Positions 1-12,870 of a stretch of DNA of 64,000 nucleotides are shown piece after piece. Each line of letters begins with the position of its first letter. Position 1 is the first letter of the stretch. This DNA comes from Camelus dromedarius. Taxonomy: Eukaryota. The notes below the pieces were generated by a model. That model made no database searches. It was given only the letters and a program-made list of their open reading frames with translations, and was not told the DNA's origin. The stretch lies in NCBI RefSeq assembly GCF_036321535.1, contig NC_087436.1:41790001-41854000 (forward strand), read 5' to 3'. The translations under genes and the position numbers were made by a program.

Positions 1-859
1 AAAGTCAGTGGTCAGGAACTGTTAGAACTGTTGAGAAAGGCACATACACTTTTTCTAGCATGGCTAAGCTGATGTAATATAATTTAGTAATTTCTTGAAG
101 GAAGCCTGCACTAGATTGAAGCCAACAAAAGAGAATATCAAGTTGGGCGATGGGGAGAGAAAGAGTGAGCTGCTGAATTCAGCTGATAAGAGCTAGGGCT
201 ACCTCGGGGATTTTTAGGTATATGAGCCAATAAATTCTCTTTTTGATACTTTTTAATAATTTCTTTTTGAAATAAAATATGTAACAAATGATATATTACA
301 ATAAAGTCTAAGTTTGGAGGTTTCTTAAAGGTTATCGAGGCCATTCTCAATCTTATACAGATCAATTAACAAGTGAATGTGTAGTTTCCACTTCAACTTT
401 TTGCATACTTCCTTCTGTACAAGGTAACTCTTTCTATTGAAGGATATTTTAGTTATAAAGTTGTTTCTTACACTGAAATGAAATATGTCCCCTTTCAAAT
501 TCAAACTATTATTTCTCACTCTATATTCTGAAACAGTACAGCTTATTTCATTTAAGCTATTATATTTTCCTTTAAACTTCTCTACTCCAAATATCGTCAA
601 TCTATCCAAACATTTTTCATGTGTGTGTGTGTGTATCAATGGCTTACTCTGTGCCGAGTGCAGTGCTTGGCAGGAGATACAGGAGTAAGCTGAGTAAAGA
701 AAAATGATCCCCCCATAAATCATATTCTCTGTATGAAGAATATATAGACATGTAAAAATAAAATAAGGTTTATTGCTGTAACCATAAATAAACAAGATGA
801 TGAGAAGATGTTGCCCTGGGAGGGAAAAAAAGATACAGTGAATGATCAAATCATTCATC

Positions 860-955
860 TTTTAGCAGGTGATATTTCAGCTGAAACCCAAATGATAAGA
901 AAGGGCCATCGTGAGAAAATCTGGAGAAAAAGTATTTCAGACAAAGACAGGCAAA
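860..955 (-). mobile_element. Ancient L2 LINE fragment
   Basis: 'cagctgaaacccaaatgataagaaagggccatcgtgagaaaatctggagaaaaagtatttcagacaaag' resembles the antisense L2 3' region (gagctgagacctgaaggatgag...agcattccaggcagaggga). Short and degenerate. Confidence 0.45.
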
Positions 956-1383
956 GAATCTCTAGACACATAGTCACTAGGAGAAAACCGCTTTGCTTAT
1001 TTTATGACTTCTAATCCCCTCTTTTCTGATGCAGTCTAGATTTTTTTTTCACCTAAAGTGTTAAGTCTCAGAGATATGTATATTTTCAACTAATTTTTAA
1101 CAAAGTCAAATGCAGGAAAATTACAATTTCCTGTGATTCGATGCCTTGGTTCAATTCATGCAGCCTGAGATTACATTAGCCTTTTTAGCAGTCATATCAC
1201 ATTGCTGATTCGTATTAATGAAGCACCATTTTCAGTACAATTTTCAAAAATAATTTTTACCAGGTAATTAGTTTCATCAACATGACGCCTTTCCCTTGCA
1301 CTCTTGGGATTAACTAAAATAGGGAATTGGGACTTTTGCAACAGAATTATATTAATAGTTATAATTAACACCAAAAAACTTTA

Positions 1384-2136
1384 TGTCAGTTGCTGTTCTA
1401 TGAGTCTGGAAAATCTTTCTGTTCTCTGCAAACAAATTCTAAGTTTTTATTGGTGTTTGCCTGCCGGTTTACAATAACTGGAGATAGAGCAGTCTTTCTG
1501 TTAGAGCAGACAGATAGCTAGATATGAGCAGAGAAAGGGAGACACAGGCCAAATGCCAGGAATTGGGCAGAAAGGAGCGACACAAGCCAAATTCAGGAAA
1601 CCACACACCATGTAAGCACCAGGGGTCCCTGGGAAGAGAAAGAAAAGCAGGAATCTCTGGGCTGGTGGGGTGATGAGCGAGCGGCCTGCAGGCCAACAAA
1701 GAAATGTGGGAAAAGGCAGGAATCTCCAGTGTTTGAATGTAACCTTTTGCTCATTATGCCCTCATTTCAATAAAATTAACCTTGCAGATTAAAAGTACCC
1801 ATCATGCACAGATGCCATGACACTTCCGATCCAGATAAATAAGGACAGAAATCCCTCCTTCCTTTGGAAAGATGGAATTTGGATGAAAATCAGGGAATAC
1901 GACCCCAAATCCTTCCCTCCCTAATGAAGATTCTGCCCATTCGGTTTTACTCTATGTAACCAACTTACCAAAGAAACTCAGGGCAGCTGCTCACCTGAGC
2001 CTGCCGGCTCTCCCCTTGAGAGTGTACTATCTATCCCTTAATAAATCCCCACTTTACCTTCTTAACCTTTATGTCTTGTCTCTGAATTCTTTCTGGGGTA
2101 GGACAAGAGCCTGGACACCTGTTAAACCTACTGACA
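1384..2136 (+). mobile_element. Solo LTR, probably ERV1 class (about 750 bp)
   Basis: Begins TGTCAGT (1384) and ends ACTGACA (2136), a perfect 7-bp TG...CA terminal inverted repeat. AATAAA at about 2040 is followed by a U5-like pyrimidine tract (tgtcttgtctctgaattctttctgggg...gacaagagcctggac). There is an internal repeated motif (gcaggaatctc at about 1647 and 1716) and GC is higher than in the flanks. No clean TSD or PBS seen. Confidence 0.75.
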
Positions 2137-3940
2137 GCATTTCTAGTTCGAATTCATTGACTTTGTGCCTTTCTGAGATGACTCATTCTTTGCAGTCGCC
2201 ATAATTGTCCTCCTTTCTATACTGATGGGAGTCACCAGGCTACAGGTGTATGCTAATTGGCCTTGCTAAAACTCACCATCCAGATACTATGAAGTTCTCA
2301 CTGATTTCACAAAAATGAAAAGAAGTGGTCTTATTTTTTTTAATTTGATAATCATCTTTTTATTTTTTTCCAATTCCTACCAGGTGCCTGCAGCTTCATC
2401 ATTTTACTGTCCCCAAGAAGGTTGTTTCTAATCTTCCTTGGTCTAATTTTCTCTCTGTACAAACTTCTTTTTCCCTTTAGCCCTTGTCATGTCCCTGTGT
2501 TTTTCTGTGGTTTTATTTGATTATTTTCTGTGAATAATCTACAGTGGGCTGTCACGGAAACACTGACACTACCTAGCACTCCTCTTGAGCTATTCTTACA
2601 GAAAATGATCTTTCACTATCTTCACCATCATTGTTTCTCAGGACTCAATTTTAACCCTTAGGATAATGAAATCCCATATCCCCATTTCATAGAATAGAAT
2701 GTTGATTATGATAAAGACTGGTTGGGTAATTTGATCTTTGAAGATAAAAATTAGAGTTATGCTGATTAATTAGGTCATATCAATGCATATTCTTTATAGA
2801 CTTCGCTCGAAGTAAAGAAGAAGGAGGAAAAGAGAAATTTCCATGGCATTTGCACAAGGTGTGACCTTCAACTTGCTGACGCATCTGCTGGAGTCATAGC
2901 CTGATACGTGGGCTTAGCTTCACTGGCTACACCCATGACCATCCTCCAGAGTCCTCAAAAGGTAACTTCTAGAAAACTATACCTTCCTTGGCTAAATCAT
3001 AAACATTAATATTAATAATATTATCTAGTATTTACTATGTTCAAATTGTTTTCTAAATAGCTTGACTCAATTTTCTAATGAATTATATTCTTTTATCTGA
3101 AATTTCTGACATTTTTAGAAATAAGAAAAATATCTGTGTGCTTATTTTCTAGTTAACAGCATAGGGATATATCGTTGTCTACAAACTGCTATTTTTATTT
3201 TTTGAGCTTCACAGTCTTCCTAAACATTATAAGGCTTCCCTGAATAACTGTTCCCTAAATGTCCCAGCTATTTGTTCCCTGTGTTATAGCCCCTGTTAAC
3301 ATTTCATACTGGGCTTATGTAATAGTAAAGGGGCTAGGGTAAAGAGTGTCAGCTGTTTCAGGCAAGTTATGAAATGTCTTGAAGTCACCATAACCAGAAT
3401 TTGTTCTCAGTTATTAAATAATAAAACATAATTTTCTTACTTGACTCAGAGGTAATCAGACTTCAGAATGCTAATCCCCAGTAACCAACCTCACTAGAGA
3501 CTGATAGACACAACTCAACATTAATCATTAATTTAAATGAAAAAGTATAAATATGTAAGTATTATGATATTAAAAATAGATTGAGAGAAATTTTAATCTA
3601 GGCATTACTAGAACATAGCTAATATAATGTCTGTAACTTGCTCAATTTTATTACACATCTGAGGCGAGATTTGGGTCTTACTAACACAATTTATGTATAT
3701 GCACATACAAGCTCATAGAATGTGAGAAATTTGAATTCCTATTTATTAAACATAGAAAATATTCAACAATTTATATTCAGTTGGAAAGAGGTTGTTCTGT
3801 ATTTCTATCTAATCTTCAAATCTTTTTTGGAAAACGTCATTGAAGTTAGACCCTGAAATCTTTTTAAATCCATCAGATTTATGTACAGTTGTGTAGTTAT
3901 CTTCATCATATATGCAGGGCAACCTTATAATATCCTAAAA

Positions 3941-4136
3941 TTATGGTTCCCAATTGCAGATGTGGAGTATCTAGAGAAATCACCTAAGGATTTTTCAAAA
4001 TAAATGTTTTCCTCATTCCCAGATAGCAATATGTAAAAATGCCATCATCCTAGGGACTGCAGAGGGTATGTACTTATTTGGTGAACTATCCACAGATTGT
4101 TCTGATTTTCCATTTCTCCCCAGTTGAAAACCAGTA
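3941..4136. mobile_element. Degenerate MER5A-like hAT DNA transposon (MITE)
   Basis: About 195 bp bounded by tggttccca...tgaaaaccagt (decayed CAGTGGTTCTCA/TGAGAACCACTG TIRs), with internal 'aaatcacctaaggattttt' as in MER5A. Confidence 0.45.
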
Positions 4137-4194
4137 GCTTGATTGAATTATAGATGCTCAAATGCCCACAAACTTTATCATTTGCTCATGTCAG

Positions 4195-4366
4195 AAAAAG
4201 AACAAAGAGAGAGAGAGAGAGTAGAAAAGAAAGGAAGGAGGACGGGAAAATATAAAGAAGGAGGGAAGGAAGAGAAGGAGTGGGAGAGAGAAGAAAAGAG
4301 GAAAGGGAAGACAGAGGAAGGAAGACAGAAGGGAAGAAGGACTGAAGGAAGGAAGAGGGGAAATAA
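4195..4366. repeat. Purine-rich (GA/GGAA) low-complexity tract
   Basis: Almost exclusively A/G on the + strand; source of spurious ORFs at 4143-4472. Confidence 0.9.
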
Positions 4367-6302
4367 AGCAAGCAACGTGTTCTTCCAACTTTAAAACACT
4401 GCAGCCATCAATGAAAATAAACTTTGTAATAGAGACATTGAACAAGAGAAGAACTAAAAATAATGTATACATACAATGTATCTTATCTTTATTAAATATA
4501 ACTGAATTTTTCAGATAACCAATGGACTATTCCTTCATTTAATGTAAATCTTTTTCCTTTTTATCACAGTGTATATTAAAATGGCAGCTCTGGGTAAAAA
4601 GGAGTAGCAGCATGCAGTTTCCTAGTAATTGCATACACTTTTTATGATGAAATGGTTAAAAATGCATAAGACACATTATTTCTTGAAGTCTGAACTATAA
4701 ACCTTCTGAAAGCTAAGAACAACAGAAACAACCATAAATCTTTATTTTGCCTATTTAGATGTTCCATATCTCTATGGTATAATGTCTCCAAAAATGAAAT
4801 TTATTTTGTGAACAATATGTTGGCTGGCAAGCTGGAGGCCCCTGTCATACTAATGGGTCTGTCAGAGCTTCTACTAAAAGAATTTCTGACTTTTACAGTA
4901 TCAAAGCATATTTGAAAGAACACTGAAAATCTCTCTCTTCTCTCTTCTCAACTTGAAATTCAGATACCACCTGTATTAGTTTAGGATTTACATTGTTAAT
5001 ATTTAATTCGGCGTTTACAGAACAGATGTGCTGAGCTTTTTGGTATATATTTAGGAAAAGGAGTCAGTAAACACAGACAGACACCTATCTCCTGGCTGTA
5101 TCTCTGTCTTTATTTTAGGTAAGCTTCTCATATCAAATTAACACCAAAAATAGATAAAACATTTTTAAAGTTAAGTTGTATTTTTCTTTAATTGTTATAA
5201 AGTTTATTTAATGTTATTTTTGCTATGTTAAAATGGTAGTAATATTCCAGAAGTCAATATTCAAAAGGTAGTTTTACTTAGACGTACAGAAACCTAAAAA
5301 CTGGTCATTTTTCTGAAGCAGTAACTTATAATAGTGATGATGACCACAAACGATGTAAAAAGAGGAAAGGAAGGGCTATTCTTATAAATTCACAACTAGC
5401 TCAAGCTGGAGCATGAACTTTTGACTGATACTAAGTTTTTCTTATTTGGAGTCTAAAACATTCATCTGAGGTCTCTCTTGCATACTCAGCTCAGAACGTG
5501 TGTTGCTTACATCATCTTTTTGATGAATTCTAAGCTGAAATAAATACAGTAAATACATGTCCTTCACTAAAAAGAAAGAATAAATGAAAAGATAGTGACC
5601 ATTAAAACTTGGAAGAGAATGGAAGTAATACACATCTTGAATATAAAGGAACAAGAAACATACAGAATCATACAGTTTAATGTAAAATTTACCCAAAATT
5701 TAGCCCAATGTATCATTTTTATATTCCACAAATGTCTATGCCATTTTAGTAAACTTTCGGTCTTTTATTCCACCAAAGTATGTTATTATGTAGACCCATA
5801 TTTCATATAATATAAACATATTCAGGTGAAATGGGTAATTAATTTGTAAAACTTTGGACTACACCTAGAAAGGGTTTACATGAAGTAAAAGAATATATTG
5901 AAATCTGTATGTAAGGCATGAATGAGTGTCTTCCAGTCCGTGATTGATTTGGTTGTGAAAACTAAAGAGTTGCTTTCTGTACCTAAAATTAGAAAGTTTA
6001 TTTTTCCTTTCTTTTTCTTTTTCTTCTTCTTTTGAGTCCATGGAAAGTTATTACTAAGGAGAAAGAGAGAATGTAAGAACTTAAGAAATAAAATATATCC
6101 TTTAATTTTGATACTGAGCAGCAACTTTTATCAATCATCTTAATATATGATTTAGTCATTTCACTGATTTAAATAGATGGCTTTTTTCCTGAGCTTTACA
6201 AGTAAGAGATATATTGATTTTGAACAAGAACTTTTAGGGGAAAAGTATATTTTAATAAAAAGTTGCCAAGTGTAACTTGCTTAATCTTTTCTCAAGGAGT
6301 GT

Positions 6303-6480
6303 CTTGGTTAGGAGCCTGGACTCTGAAACCAGACTGCCTGGGTTCAAATCACTGCAACATCCTTTGCCAGAGGATGAGTGGAGAAGCTTATTTAATCTCT
6401 CTGCTTGTTTCTCCATCTGTAAATATTGTGCTGAAAATGAAAACCGTTCATAAATGAAGACTATCTAGTATATAACATGG
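6303..6480 (+). mobile_element. MIR SINE
   Basis: 'ggttaggagcctggactctgaaaccagactgcctgggttcaaatc...tttaatctctctgcttgtttctccatctgtaaa' matches the MIR 5' and core consensus. Confidence 0.75.
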
Positions 6481-6976
6481 ATGCAATGAGCTCATTACTG
6501 GGATAGCAAAAGTGTGCCTGTGCTTGTGTGTGTCTCTGTGTGTGTCGGTGTGCCTCTGTGCGTGTCTACTAAGAACAGAGTGGGCAGAAGAATAATATCC
6601 AAGAATCCCTTTCCATTTTTCCAATGTATGAGCAAATATTAATTACCTAATCATGCAAATTGTGGAAGGGTAGTTTTTTTTTTTCAATATATAAACCCAG
6701 GGACTATAATTTAATCTCTGTACACTAAGATGCATACCCTTTACATGTATATGAATAGCCTGCGATTTTTTCCCCAGAGGATATTATTTCAAATAATGGA
6801 AAAATATGCTTTAGGACTTTTAAGATCTTATAATAAAATATTTTGTGTATTTTCAAACAATATTACACAAAAGGAAACAAATTTTGCAAAGCACTGTGCT
6901 TTTGTTGAGATAAATAAGAGCAAAGAAAACTTTTTTGTTTGCTGTATACCAATTTTTAATTAAAATGGGATGGAGA

Positions 6977-7116
6977 GGGGGGAGGGTATAGCTCAGTGGT
7001 AGAATGCATGCTTAGCATGCACAAGGTCCTGGGTTCAAACCCCTGTACTTCTGTATAAATAAATAAATAAATACCTAATTACCACCCCCCCAATGAAAAA
7101 AATTAAATAAAATAAA
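6977..7116 (+). mobile_element. Camelid tRNA-Ala-derived SINE (Vic-1 type) with perfect 16-bp TSD
   Basis: tRNA-Ala(AGC)-like head GGGTATAGCTCAGTGGTAGAATGCATGCTTAGCATGCACAAGGTCCTGGGTTCAAACCCC with A and B boxes, a (TAAA)n linker, 'cctaattaccaccccccc' and an A-rich tail. TSD taaaatgggatggaga at 6961-6976 and 7117-7132 lies at an L1-endonuclease TT/AAAA site. Confidence 0.92.
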
Positions 7117-8563
7117 TAAAATGGGATGGAGAATACTATTTAACTTTTAAAGTTAGAGAAATTGTATACATTATGAAAAGTATTTTTATATTAAAATGTA
7201 AAAACAAAGAGAAATGGAAAAAGTATTGCCTTTTTGTTCAAAATTAACTGCCCAGATTTTTACCTTCTTTGGAACTAATAAGAGCTGATAAGATTTCAAT
7301 AGTAAGTTTAAATAGAATTTGATTATTTCTACATATATATAAATAATAAGATAGAGTTACATATTGATTTTTTTAATTAATTTTTGAAAATAACATTATA
7401 TTATGCAACATATTTGTCCTTCAACATTGAGGATTGGCACCTTTAAAAATACCAGGTTTTTAGAAGAAAAGTCATTAGTATATATCACATATAGTAATTT
7501 AAACCACAGTAAATATTTATATGTCTTATGGAATTCTTTTTACAAAGATATTTAAATTATAGATTGCATATATTTTGAAAAAATGGATGCAGATTTTTTT
7601 TTTTTTGCTTTACAATTGCATGTATCTGCAAAAATCCCTCAGCTGATAAAATTGATACAACAGCTCAGTAACGTAACTGCAGCAAGTTATTTATACTCCA
7701 AAATGCCAAATGACAGTGATTGCAACCACATAATTGATGAGTTAAATGAGTTTTATGTTCCCAAAACAATTTTAAAGCTGAGTAACCCAAATTTATTAGC
7801 CATATCCAGATGGAATATAAAGTCAATATATTGCTGTTTATGTATCAAGTCAGAGAAAATTATTAAGGATGATTTCAGCCATGGATGGTTAGGGTGGGAG
7901 ACCTTGGTTAAATTCTGAGGCTATAATTCAAGGAAATTTTGGTAGCTACAAAGCTAGTGTAACAAATAAGATAACTGTGCTGTAATAGACTTTAGCTGAA
8001 TTATTTTCTTGACTTAAAAAATGTACAACCGAAGTTGAAGTAGCAACTCCATAAAACATTTCAAAATACACTGTTGGAATGAAATATTTTATTCAGACTT
8101 ATTAGCAAATAAGACTTCATATTCATGGAACTTGTAAAAATTATATATAAATAGATATTTTAATACAACTAAAATGGAAATGAGCTATTGGCAAGTACTT
8201 CAAAATGATTCTGTTTTAGCACCATTTTTATCAAATGAAATTGGAAGGTTTTTTTTTTTCAGAATGATAAAGTACTAAATGCCTTTAGCTGAAAGTGAAA
8301 ACATGCATCTTGGTCATTAATAATGATCATATAAACATTAATATAATCATGGACTATCAAAAGACATTAAAGGGATACATGCAAAGGAAGATTAAAAGTA
8401 CATATTTTCATAGACACTGGGGTTTTTCATTCTAGTTTTAAATGATACTAGGTAGAATACATGGGAACCATCCTCATTTTGGACAAGTTACTTAAATCCT
8501 CAAGACAGTACTTTCAAGCATGCTTTACCTCAAGTCATACCTGCATAACCCATTAGTATGTAT

Positions 8564-9038
8564 TGTCAAGAAATATGAAGATTTGAGATTTTATCCTGTA
8601 AACAAGTTAGCTTGCAAAGGTTTCATGAATGCTTGGAGAACACATAAGACTCCTTGGTCAGAAACAAAGGACTGTATTACATACAGCATTGCAGGTGGCA
8701 TTAGCATCAGCATATTCGTATTAGTTTCCTTTGCCCCCCAACCCCACAAAGACAAAGCATATGGGCCCAGATGGATGTCTATACATATAATGGGCTGTGT
8801 TTTAGGAAAGGATTTCTGAACATAAGCATGCCTATTCTATACTCTGGAGAGAGAATTACTTTTATTATACTAGACAATAAGCATGTATCACCTTTGCTCC
8901 AAAAGAAAACACTCTATCTTCAAAGGTTATTCACTATACAGACAGCCTTGAAAAGATACCCAGAACAAAATGACGGCCAATGTATTACTGCAAGATATTC
9001 AGAAATGTGAGAGAACTATGAAAACTTGCCTTCCAACA
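8564..9038 (-). mobile_element. LTR40-like (ERVL) solo LTR
   Basis: The minus strand reads TGTTGGAAGGCAAGTTTTCATAGTTCTCTCACATTTCTG...GTCCTTTGTTTCTGACCAAGGAGTCTT...GGATAAAATCTCAAATCTTCATATTTCTTGACA, matching the LTR40 consensus from end to end. Confidence 0.8.
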
Positions 9039-9047
9039 GTAACAAGC

Positions 9048-9385
9048 ACCATTCATTTATTCAAAAACTGTTATGGAGTACTGTAGCTAGACACTTGTCT
9101 AGGGATTCCCAGTGCAATAATAGTCAGGCCAGGACCCTGCTTTCATGAAGGTCCCTTGCTCTCATGCATTAAGCAAAGCAGAGAATTTCAGGAAGTGTTC
9201 AGCTTAATGACATTGAAGAACACTCATTGTCTGTAAGGAAATCATATAGTGGGGTCAGGGAAGTCTTTTTTGAGATTGCTTTTGAGTTGAGTCCTAAATT
9301 ATAAGATCTAAGGAAATAAGAATCATGACCGATGGAAAAGTGGGAAAAAAGGCCCTGAGAGATGAACAAAAATAAAGATAGCAAC
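9048..9385 (-). mobile_element. L2 3' end fragment
   Basis: Starts cattcatttattcaaaa (antisense of the L2 terminal tgaatgaa repeat), then 'ccctgctttcatgaag' and 'gtcagggaagtctt...ttgagttgagtcct'. Confidence 0.65.
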
Positions 9386-9399
9386 GTTAATAAGCTTGA

Positions 9400-9770
9400 A
9401 ATTAGACATACGAAAAAATTCCTACAAAAATATATTTTATCTTTCTCAAGATGAAATATAAAGCATAAATACCCCTATAGCCATTGAAGAAATGTGTTCA
9501 GCATTTTTTTTAATTTTCTTACAGAAGAATGTGTTTGACAGACAAGTTTTAAAAAATATATGATCAATAAATATATCTGAGAATTCTTATAGTATGTAAA
9601 CTTCACAAAATAAAAAGGAATGAAAAAAAAAAAAGGGAACATTACCTAATACAGTATATAAGCCTGGTGTAAATTTAACACCTAAATTAGAAGAAGAGGG
9701 TATGGAAGGGCTATTAATAGCCTATTCTACTCTGGAACAGAGAATCAAACCTATAAATAAAATATTAGTG
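9400..9770 (+). mobile_element. Highly decayed L1M ORF2 fragment
   Basis: 'ttacctaatacagtatataagcctggtgtaaatttaacacctaaattaga...aataaaatattag' parallels the L1 ORF2 segment encoding FYEASITLIPKPDKD...PISLMNIDAKILNKIL. Confidence 0.5.
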
Positions 9771-11489
9771 AATTAAAGAGAGACTTTTAAAAAGGAAAGA
9801 TGGCCAACTTGTTTTGCATACTGTTGAGAGCTCATGATTCACTATTAAAATTTTTGGCAATTCATTCCTCATGACCTTAACCAAGAGTGTTTTCAATGAA
9901 AAAGTTGAGAAGAAAGCCCAATTAGCATTGGGTTGAGGAGGAAACAGGGGTATCAAGTGAGATCATGCATATCAAACCAGTTCTTTTATTTTACAGTGTT
10001 AAGATGCAGCTCAAATGTCTCCTCTCTGAAACCTTTCTCAGACTGAGTAAAACGTCCATGCTCTGATTTTAATGCAGATCTTGTTTGTGGTTAGTAAATA
10101 AGGTGTCACTCCATAGATGCTGAGCATCTTTGTCATCTCTCCTTTCTTCTGTTAACATTCAAAACTGTCTTTGTAAGTTAAAAGAGATTAGTAGAATGTT
10201 TTCTAAGTCAAATTGAATTGAATTGAATTGAAATGTAAGGTAGTATTATTAAGGTAATATTATTCATTGAATTTAATAATTGTGTATATTTTAAAGAAAG
10301 AATTCACATTATTCTTCATAAGACCTAGATTCATTCATAACTACTCTAACAGTATGTCAACTGCTCCAAATATTTTGGGGGAAATATAGCACCACATTTA
10401 GACATGTGTTCAGAAATGAGTACATTAGTTAAACTCACCATGATGATATTTCCTAAAGATCATGTATTACTTGAAGGCTATTTAAGCTGTCAAAGCAAGG
10501 CAGCAGGGGACTGTGTTTTCACACTACTTAAAAGTGTTAAAAATATAGTGTATGTAGGGATAAGTATGTAAACAACTTTAAATAATAACATTTTATCTGA
10601 ACTTTATTCAAGCTTGTCTTGTAACTTGAAGCAAAACTAAATATAGAGCTGAATGTGACTTCCTCTGCCATCAGAAGCATGCTTTCTCTGAAATCTTACA
10701 TTTTTCAATTTGGCTTCTCTAGAATAACAGCAGTTATTCTCACTTCTTTATTTGTATGATAAAACTTACATTTATGAAGATGTGTGGTTTTGTTTATATT
10801 TTATTCTGATTCACAATAATAGTCTTCTTGGCAAGACCAAGGAATGTTTATGAAGTGAAAATGAATATAGTTTTTATTTGACTATCACCTCTTCTTTACA
10901 TGACTGAACAAAGCTCTATGAAAGTGTAACATATGATACAGATGAAAACTAGGTTAGTCAAAATTTGTCCCTTGATTTAAAGAAACCTGTCTCATAATTT
11001 CTTTCCTTTGCATATTTTCCTTCACTATATTTATAGCAAGTATAAAATACTGAAGATGGTTTGCTTGTAAAGGTGATTGCAAAGAAATGCAAAACATTTC
11101 TTTAGTCAATCTAGTGAAGTATTTTCTATGGATATGTGTAGTATGTTTGATACAGTATCTTCTGTAAAATACCTGAGAGAAATTGTACCTGATCTGTGCT
11201 TCCATCTCAAAGTTAGTTAGTCCTCAGTTACTGGTCCAGTTTAAAATCACATATTCAAGAAAAAAAAATACTGAAAAAAATATATATGTACTTGGAAATT
11301 GTCAAAGCTATTAAAAATTTGAGTTTCTTATTAATAAAGTAGAAATCAATCAAATAATGGTTTGCAGATGCTGATTTAAATTCAGATGTATAGATACTCT
11401 GATTGGGAATTCTGATTCACTGGAAAGAAATGCTAAGATTCACAGTGATGGAAGTCATCTTTACTTCAATCTCACTTCTCCCTCTATTT

Positions 11490-12870
11490 TCCATCCCACA
11501 CCTCTCCTTCCTTTCAACCAACCTTCTCAACTGCCTCAGTCTGCTAGTTCCAACATATCTTCTTGAACTCATTCAGATATGATTTTCACTCTCCCACTCC
11601 CTGAAAGGGTAGTTAATTACTTCCACTCTGCCCAATCCAACTGCCTTTGCTCAGTCCCCTCCTCTTTGAGTTATTAGCAACATTTTGACACTCCTTTATC
11701 TTTGAAACATTATCTTCACTCTCCTCAAAATCTATATTTTCCTGATTTTCTTTCTCCCCTTACCTGGCTGCTCTTTCTCCTTCTCTTTTAGTGGTTCTAC
11801 CTCATCTCCAATATCAGAATACCTCCGCATTATGACCTTTTATAGACCTTTAATGACTTCTCTTTTTCATCTTCATTCAAACATTTAGTGTTATCATCCA
11901 ATTTTATCATTTTAAATACCATTTTATGGTAATGACTCCCATATTTATATCTCTACAGTTCTCTACTGAAATTTAGATTCATAGTCACCTAACTAGTGTT
12001 TCAGCTTTGATTCTTACAAGTATTTTAAACTGAGAATCCCTAAAGCTGAACTTTCAATACTAACCATCCCTCCCCATCACTACCACTCAAATTGTCTCTT
12101 CCCATAAACTTGCCATTTCATTAATGACAACTTCCTCCTTTCCATTACTCAAGCAAAAGCTTAAGAGCTCTTCCAATCTCTTTCCACCTTATTTCCAATT
12201 TCCAGAAAACCTGTTAGTGTTTTCTTCAAAATATAGGCAGAATCCTACCACTCTTTACTGCCTCCACTGCTGCTTCTCTGGCCAAGTCACCAATATTTCT
12301 CTCATTTCCTTGAAACTAGTCTTCCTGTCTCTTCCCTGACCACATTTCAAGCTGTTCTTCTACATAGCAGTAAGATAATCCTGTTAAAATGTAATTCATA
12401 AAACATGGAACCCTTTTGTAGTCCTCTATGTCACTCAGAGTAAACATCAAAGACGTGAGAGAAGCGTGTAAGCAAATACAAGATTCCCACTCCCACCAGC
12501 ACCACCACCAGCACCTTTCTAACTTAATAACCCACTGAGAGGTACTTCAGCCAAACTTACATCCCTGCTCTGCTGGTCTCACACCAGGTGTGTTTCTGAA
12601 CCACTCTTGCTCTCGCTGGACTTCTCCTGCCCTGCATACCTACATGGCTTCACACTCACGCCTTCAGGTCTTTACTCAAATGCCATTTGACTGAGTGAAA
12701 CTTCTCTTTGCTACCCCATTTATAATGGCAATTGGCTCCTTTCCTTATTTAATTTGTCTTTATAACATTGATCACCATTATCATACATTATTTATTTTAC
12801 TTATATATTTTGTTATTTTCTATTTCACACCACTAAAATGTGAGCTCATAAATGACATTTATTTCTGTAA
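11490..12870 (+). mobile_element. L2 LINE, about 1.4 kb of the 3' part
   Basis: Pyrimidine-rich L2 motifs in consensus order (gcccaatccaa..., tttgaaacattatcttcact, ctcccatatttatatctcta, ctaaagctgaact, cttcaaaatataggcagaatc, ccttcaggtctttactcaaatgcca, cactaaaatgtgagctc). Confidence 0.8.

Noticed and set aside
325..858. Longest ORF in the track (177 aa, minus strand)
   Set aside because: AT-driven I/F/L/K/Y composition, runs through a (GT)n repeat, and has no recognisable domain or splice context; consistent with chance.
4143..4472. Overlapping E/K/R/G-rich and F/L/S/P-rich ORFs
   Set aside because: Translations of a purine-rich low-complexity tract that lacks stop codons by composition.
6984..7055. 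Apparent tRNA-Ala(AGC) gene
   Set aside because: It has a SINE body, A-rich tail and 16-bp TSD, and its acceptor and D stems are disrupted; it is a retroposed SINE, not a tRNA gene. The same applies to 36388-36460.
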